Source: Campylobacterota bacterium
Lineage (GTDB): Bacteria; Campylobacterota; Campylobacteria; Campylobacterales; Sulfurimonadaceae
Length of the DNA stretch: 21,134 nucleotides
NCBI GenBank assembly: GCA_034661055.1
Contig: JAYEKO010000024.1
Coordinates: 1-21,134 of the forward strand
Direction of reading: 5' to 3'
Shown here: positions 18,377 through 21,134 of the stretch, one piece after another
How the letters are laid out: every line of letters begins with the position of its first letter
Numbering within the stretch: the first letter of the stretch is position 1
The notes under the pieces: generated by a model
Database searches by the model: none
Told to the model about the DNA's origin: nothing
The model's input: only the letters and a program-made list of their open reading frames with translations
Program-made: the position numbers and the translations under genes

Positions 18377-21068
18377 TCAAATACTCCTCATACAACTCAA
18401 ACAAAAACTCAATTCTCTCTTTATCATTTTTAAAAGATTTGTTTGTGTAGCATCTGTCTACTGCTTTGTCTAAAGCTTGGTGGGCTTTTTTTAGGCGAGG
18501 TGGCATGGCTAGTGGGTCGTATAGGTCTACTAGGGAGCTGTCTGTAAACTCTGCTCTTATGTTTAGAATCTCTTGTGCTTTTTGTTCTACGAGTAGAGTG
18601 TTTTTATCGCTTATGTTTTTTGGGAATGGGTAGTTGTTGTAAACCAACTCGTTTGAATATCGAAAACGACTTTCAAGTCTTCCACATGTGTATTTTACCC
18701 ACGTCATGTGCATTAAAGATATTAAAAATCCAAAATGAGACAAAGAGCTTATTGGAACGATACTGGTAGAATTATTTGCTATAAAATCTTTATTAAAAAG
18801 CCCCATAGGTATATAAGTTCGATTTTCAGACGAATGTAAAGGTATTAAAACAAAATCACTTTTAGGCTGTCTATTTTCTCCAAACAGTGTAGGAAATTCA
18901 GCAAGTTTTTTGGTAGCTTCTCTAGTACTGCTTGCTCTTAAATCTCTTACACTTTCAATTCTCTGTTTCACTATAGGCATGGCTTTTAAATCATTTGGTG
19001 CTAAATCTTCAAGCCATAAGCACCATCTATTTTTAGCATTTAAAAATTCTCTAGCACTTAAGAGTGGTTTTATATACTTTTCTGCCAATGGCTCACTGGA
19101 TATAAGTTTTTCTTTCTCCTCGTCAGTAAGTAAAAAATTTCCACCATCATTTGGCATACTTCCAAAAGATATATTGGGAACATCACAAAGTGGTTTTCTT
19201 CTTTTTTCTATAACGATATCATCACCCTCAACTAAATAAGGATTTATATTTTTAACACTTTTGGCATGTGGGTTTCCCTTAATATCTTCATATTCAAAAA
19301 CAGTTTTTGTATCTGTATCAAAACTAGCAAAGCCTATTATTACTACATGAACAGCTGCATTTGATTTCGCTTCATTACTCCAGTTAAAAGTTTGATGGGC
19401 AAAGTGTATTTTTATTTTATACCTATCAAACAACTCCTTCCAAAGTATTCCTACCTGCTCCCCTTGGGCTATAGAGTTTGTCGATACAAAAGCAGTTTTA
19501 ATATCTGTGTTTTGGATATATTGTGACGCTTTAAGATACCACGCAGTCACATAATCAAGAACTCCAGCACCCTTTACATGTAAGAAAATATTTTTCATAT
19601 CTTCTTTTTGTTCTTTACTTTGTAACTGTTTACCTATAAACGGCGGATTCCCCAAAATAAAAGAGAGTTTATCTTTACTAACAACCTCTTCCCACTCTAC
19701 ATGTAAAGAGTTAGCATGCACAATATTTGCCGATTTTTTAAGTGGGAGTCTTACAAAATACTGTCCAAAATACTCACTTATCATCATATTCATCTGATGG
19801 TCAATCAGCCACATTGCTACCTGTGCGATCTGCGCAGGAAACTCTTCAACCTCTATGCCGTGAAACTGGTCAACATCACACCAGACAATGGAGTCGATGT
19901 CAAGAACACTCTCTACATGTAAGATTTTAAGTATCTCAAATTCTAACATTCTAAGTTCTCTATAGGCTAAAATAAGAAAGTTTCCACTGCCACAAGCAGG
20001 GTCTAAAAAGTGAAGCGTAGAGAGTTTTTTATGAAATTCCTGAAGCTTCTTTTTGTTTCTCTTTATCTTCTCAAACTTTACATGTAAATCATCTAAAAAA
20101 AGAGGTCTAATAAGTTTTAAGATATTGGCTTCGCTGGTGTAGTGTGCTCCTAAGTTTCTTCGGTGCTCTTTATCCATAATAGATTGAAAGAGTGAGCCAA
20201 AAATAGCAGGGCTAATCTTGCTCCAGTCTATATAACAGCACTCCAAAAGAGTATTTCTCATCGTGGCATCAAAAGCGACAATAGGCAAGAACTCTTCAAA
20301 AAGTTTCCCATTGACATAAGGAAAAACGCTTAAAACTTCATCTCGTGTTTTAAGACGTTTAGACTCAGGAGTATTAAGCACTTGAAAGAGTTCTGCTAAT
20401 TTTGCTCCAATATCACTGCCGTCTTCATGGGTTCTCTCTTCAATAAACTCTGTAAAAATTCTTTTTTCAAAGATGGAAGTATCTTCTGCAAAGAGTAAAA
20501 AAAGCAGTCGCACCAAAAGATGTTCGAGTGGATGTCCCTCGTAACCTATGGCTTTTAGCTCATCATGCAACTCTCCCATAAGCAGAGCAGCTTTAATATT
20601 TACAGGATCTTCTTCGACTACTTTATGTTTGGTATAACCTGCGATGAAACCAAAGAGACTAATATTTTTGTAAAGCTCGTCTAAATTAAATACATGGTAA
20701 CTATCTTCTTCTAAATCATACAGTCTAAAGGTTTCAAAATCAGAGATTAAAATGAACTTTGGAAGCTCAGACTCTTTTAATCCTGGAAAATAGTCTAGTG
20801 CCTGTGTGTAGGCTCTGTCTAAATCTTTTCCTTTTGATTTATGCTCAACTAAAAGTGTCCCTTTCCAAAAAAGGTCAATGCGTCCACGCTTCTCACCTAA
20901 TTTTTTAACAGGTGCTTCAAAAGAGGCGACGCGTTTTCTGCTGATGCCAAAAACATTAAAAAAATCATTCCAAAAACTTTGAGACTCTGCGTGTTCTCGC
21001 TCCTCACTCTCCCACTCTTTAGAAAAACCAATAGCTCTGTTTTTAATCTCATTCCAACTCAGTGCCAT
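18366..21068 (-). CDS. MmeI-family Type IIL fused restriction endonuclease / m6A methyltransferase
   Basis: MALSWNEIK N-terminus as in MmeI, nuclease motif IDLFW...VEHKS (D...ExK), LGAHYTS, motif I FLDPACGSGNFL, motif IV GNPPF, TRD motifs SSENRTYIPMG and GRLESRFRYS..LVYNNYPFP. 900 aa, intact. Confidence 0.93.
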   Translation of the reverse strand: MALSWNEIKNRAIGFSKEWESEEREHAESQSFWNDFFNVFGISRKRVASFEAPVKKLGEKRGRIDLFWKGTLLVEHKSKGKDLDRAYTQALDYFPGLKESELPKFILISDFETFRLYDLEEDSYHVFNLDELYKNISLFGFIAGYTKHKVVEEDPVNIKAALLMGELHDELKAIGYEGHPLEHLLVRLLFLLFAEDTSIFEKRIFTEFIEERTHEDGSDIGAKLAELFQVLNTPESKRLKTRDEVLSVFPYVNGKLFEEFLPIVAFDATMRNTLLECCYIDWSKISPAIFGSLFQSIMDKEHRRNLGAHYTSEANILKLIRPLFLDDLHVKFEKIKRNKKKLQEFHKKLSTLHFLDPACGSGNFLILAYRELRMLEFEILKILHVESVLDIDSIVWCDVDQFHGIEVEEFPAQIAQVAMWLIDHQMNMMISEYFGQYFVRLPLKKSANIVHANSLHVEWEEVVSKDKLSFILGNPPFIGKQLQSKEQKEDMKNIFLHVKGAGVLDYVTAWYLKASQYIQNTDIKTAFVSTNSIAQGEQVGILWKELFDRYKIKIHFAHQTFNWSNEAKSNAAVHVVIIGFASFDTDTKTVFEYEDIKGNPHAKSVKNINPYLVEGDDIVIEKRRKPLCDVPNISFGSMPNDGGNFLLTDEEKEKLISSEPLAEKYIKPLLSAREFLNAKNRWCLWLEDLAPNDLKAMPIVKQRIESVRDLRASSTREATKKLAEFPTLFGENRQPKSDFVLIPLHSSENRTYIPMGLFNKDFIANNSTSIVPISSLSHFGFLISLMHMTWVKYTCGRLESRFRYSNELVYNNYPFPKNISDKNTLLVEQKAQEILNIRAEFTDSSLVDLYDPLAMPPRLKKAHQALDKAVDRCYTNKSFKNDKERIEFLFELYEEYLNEN

Positions 21069-21134
21069 TACGTTAACAGCTCCAACAGTTCGTTACCACT
21101 AAACGTGACATCATCTTTTTGTCCATCTTCTTCA
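21068..21134 (-). CDS. 3' end of upstream gene (partial); C-terminus loosely like SNF2-family helicases
   Basis: ...EEDGQKDDVTFSGNELLELLT*. TAATG overlap with the R-M start. The family guess rests on only 21 residues. Confidence 0.45.
   Translation of the reverse strand, partial: EEDGQKDDVTFSGNELLELLT

Larger units (their letters stand above)
5282..20086. repeat. Dispersed 8-bp palindrome TACATGTA, 14 copies
   Basis: Copies start at 5282, 7188, 8008, 10418, 10932, 15220, 15408, 16224, 16497, 17875, 19575, 19698, 19914 and 20079. Flanks favour TY...RA. Confidence 0.88.

Noticed and set aside
3377..19930. Short alternative-frame and antisense ORFs in the supplied track (e.g. 3377-3565, 7339-7632, 9655-9945, 17176-17499, 18910-19239)
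   Set aside because: All lie within or across well-supported genes, show no recognisable motifs, and look like shadow ORFs.
5282..20086. TACATGTA as a CRISPR repeat, REP/MITE, or target of the local MmeI-type enzyme
   Set aside because: It is too short, irregularly spaced and entirely intragenic. MmeI-family sites are asymmetric, not palindromic.
1..21134. tRNA, rRNA, IS/transposase, integrase, CRISPR array
   Set aside because: None seen. Intergenic gaps are short and explained by promoters or small ORFs.

Overview
AT-rich (roughly 35% GC by eye) chromosomal window from a free-living Campylobacterota (Epsilonproteobacteria; Sulfurimonas/Sulfurovum-like by gene order and protein style, which is inference). 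The left half is the conserved gatC-pilT-cvpA-fur-lysS-glyA-DUF1882-SPOR-trpE-aroE block, interrupted by a class II DAHP synthase and a GGDEF gene. The right half holds recR, an electron-bifurcating NfnAB transhydrogenase pair, a small hypothetical gene, and a tightly overlapped minus-strand run: [partial ORF]-MmeI-type Type IIL R-M enzyme-small membrane ORF-DUF2130-HI0933 flavoprotein-mltA. The strongest unexplained signal is the palindrome TACATGTA (extended TYTACATGTARA). I counted 14 copies, all inside coding sequence, against under 1 expected. All 10 Leu-His-Val tripeptides in the called genes use exactly TTA CAT GTA, which resembles a HIP1-like highly iterated palindrome. Unannotated items also found: an in-frame internally deleted ArsC/Spx-family gene, a 23-aa Arg/Lys-rich ORF behind a sigma54-like promoter, a 55-aa membrane ORF overlapping the R-M gene, and a likely leaderless recR.
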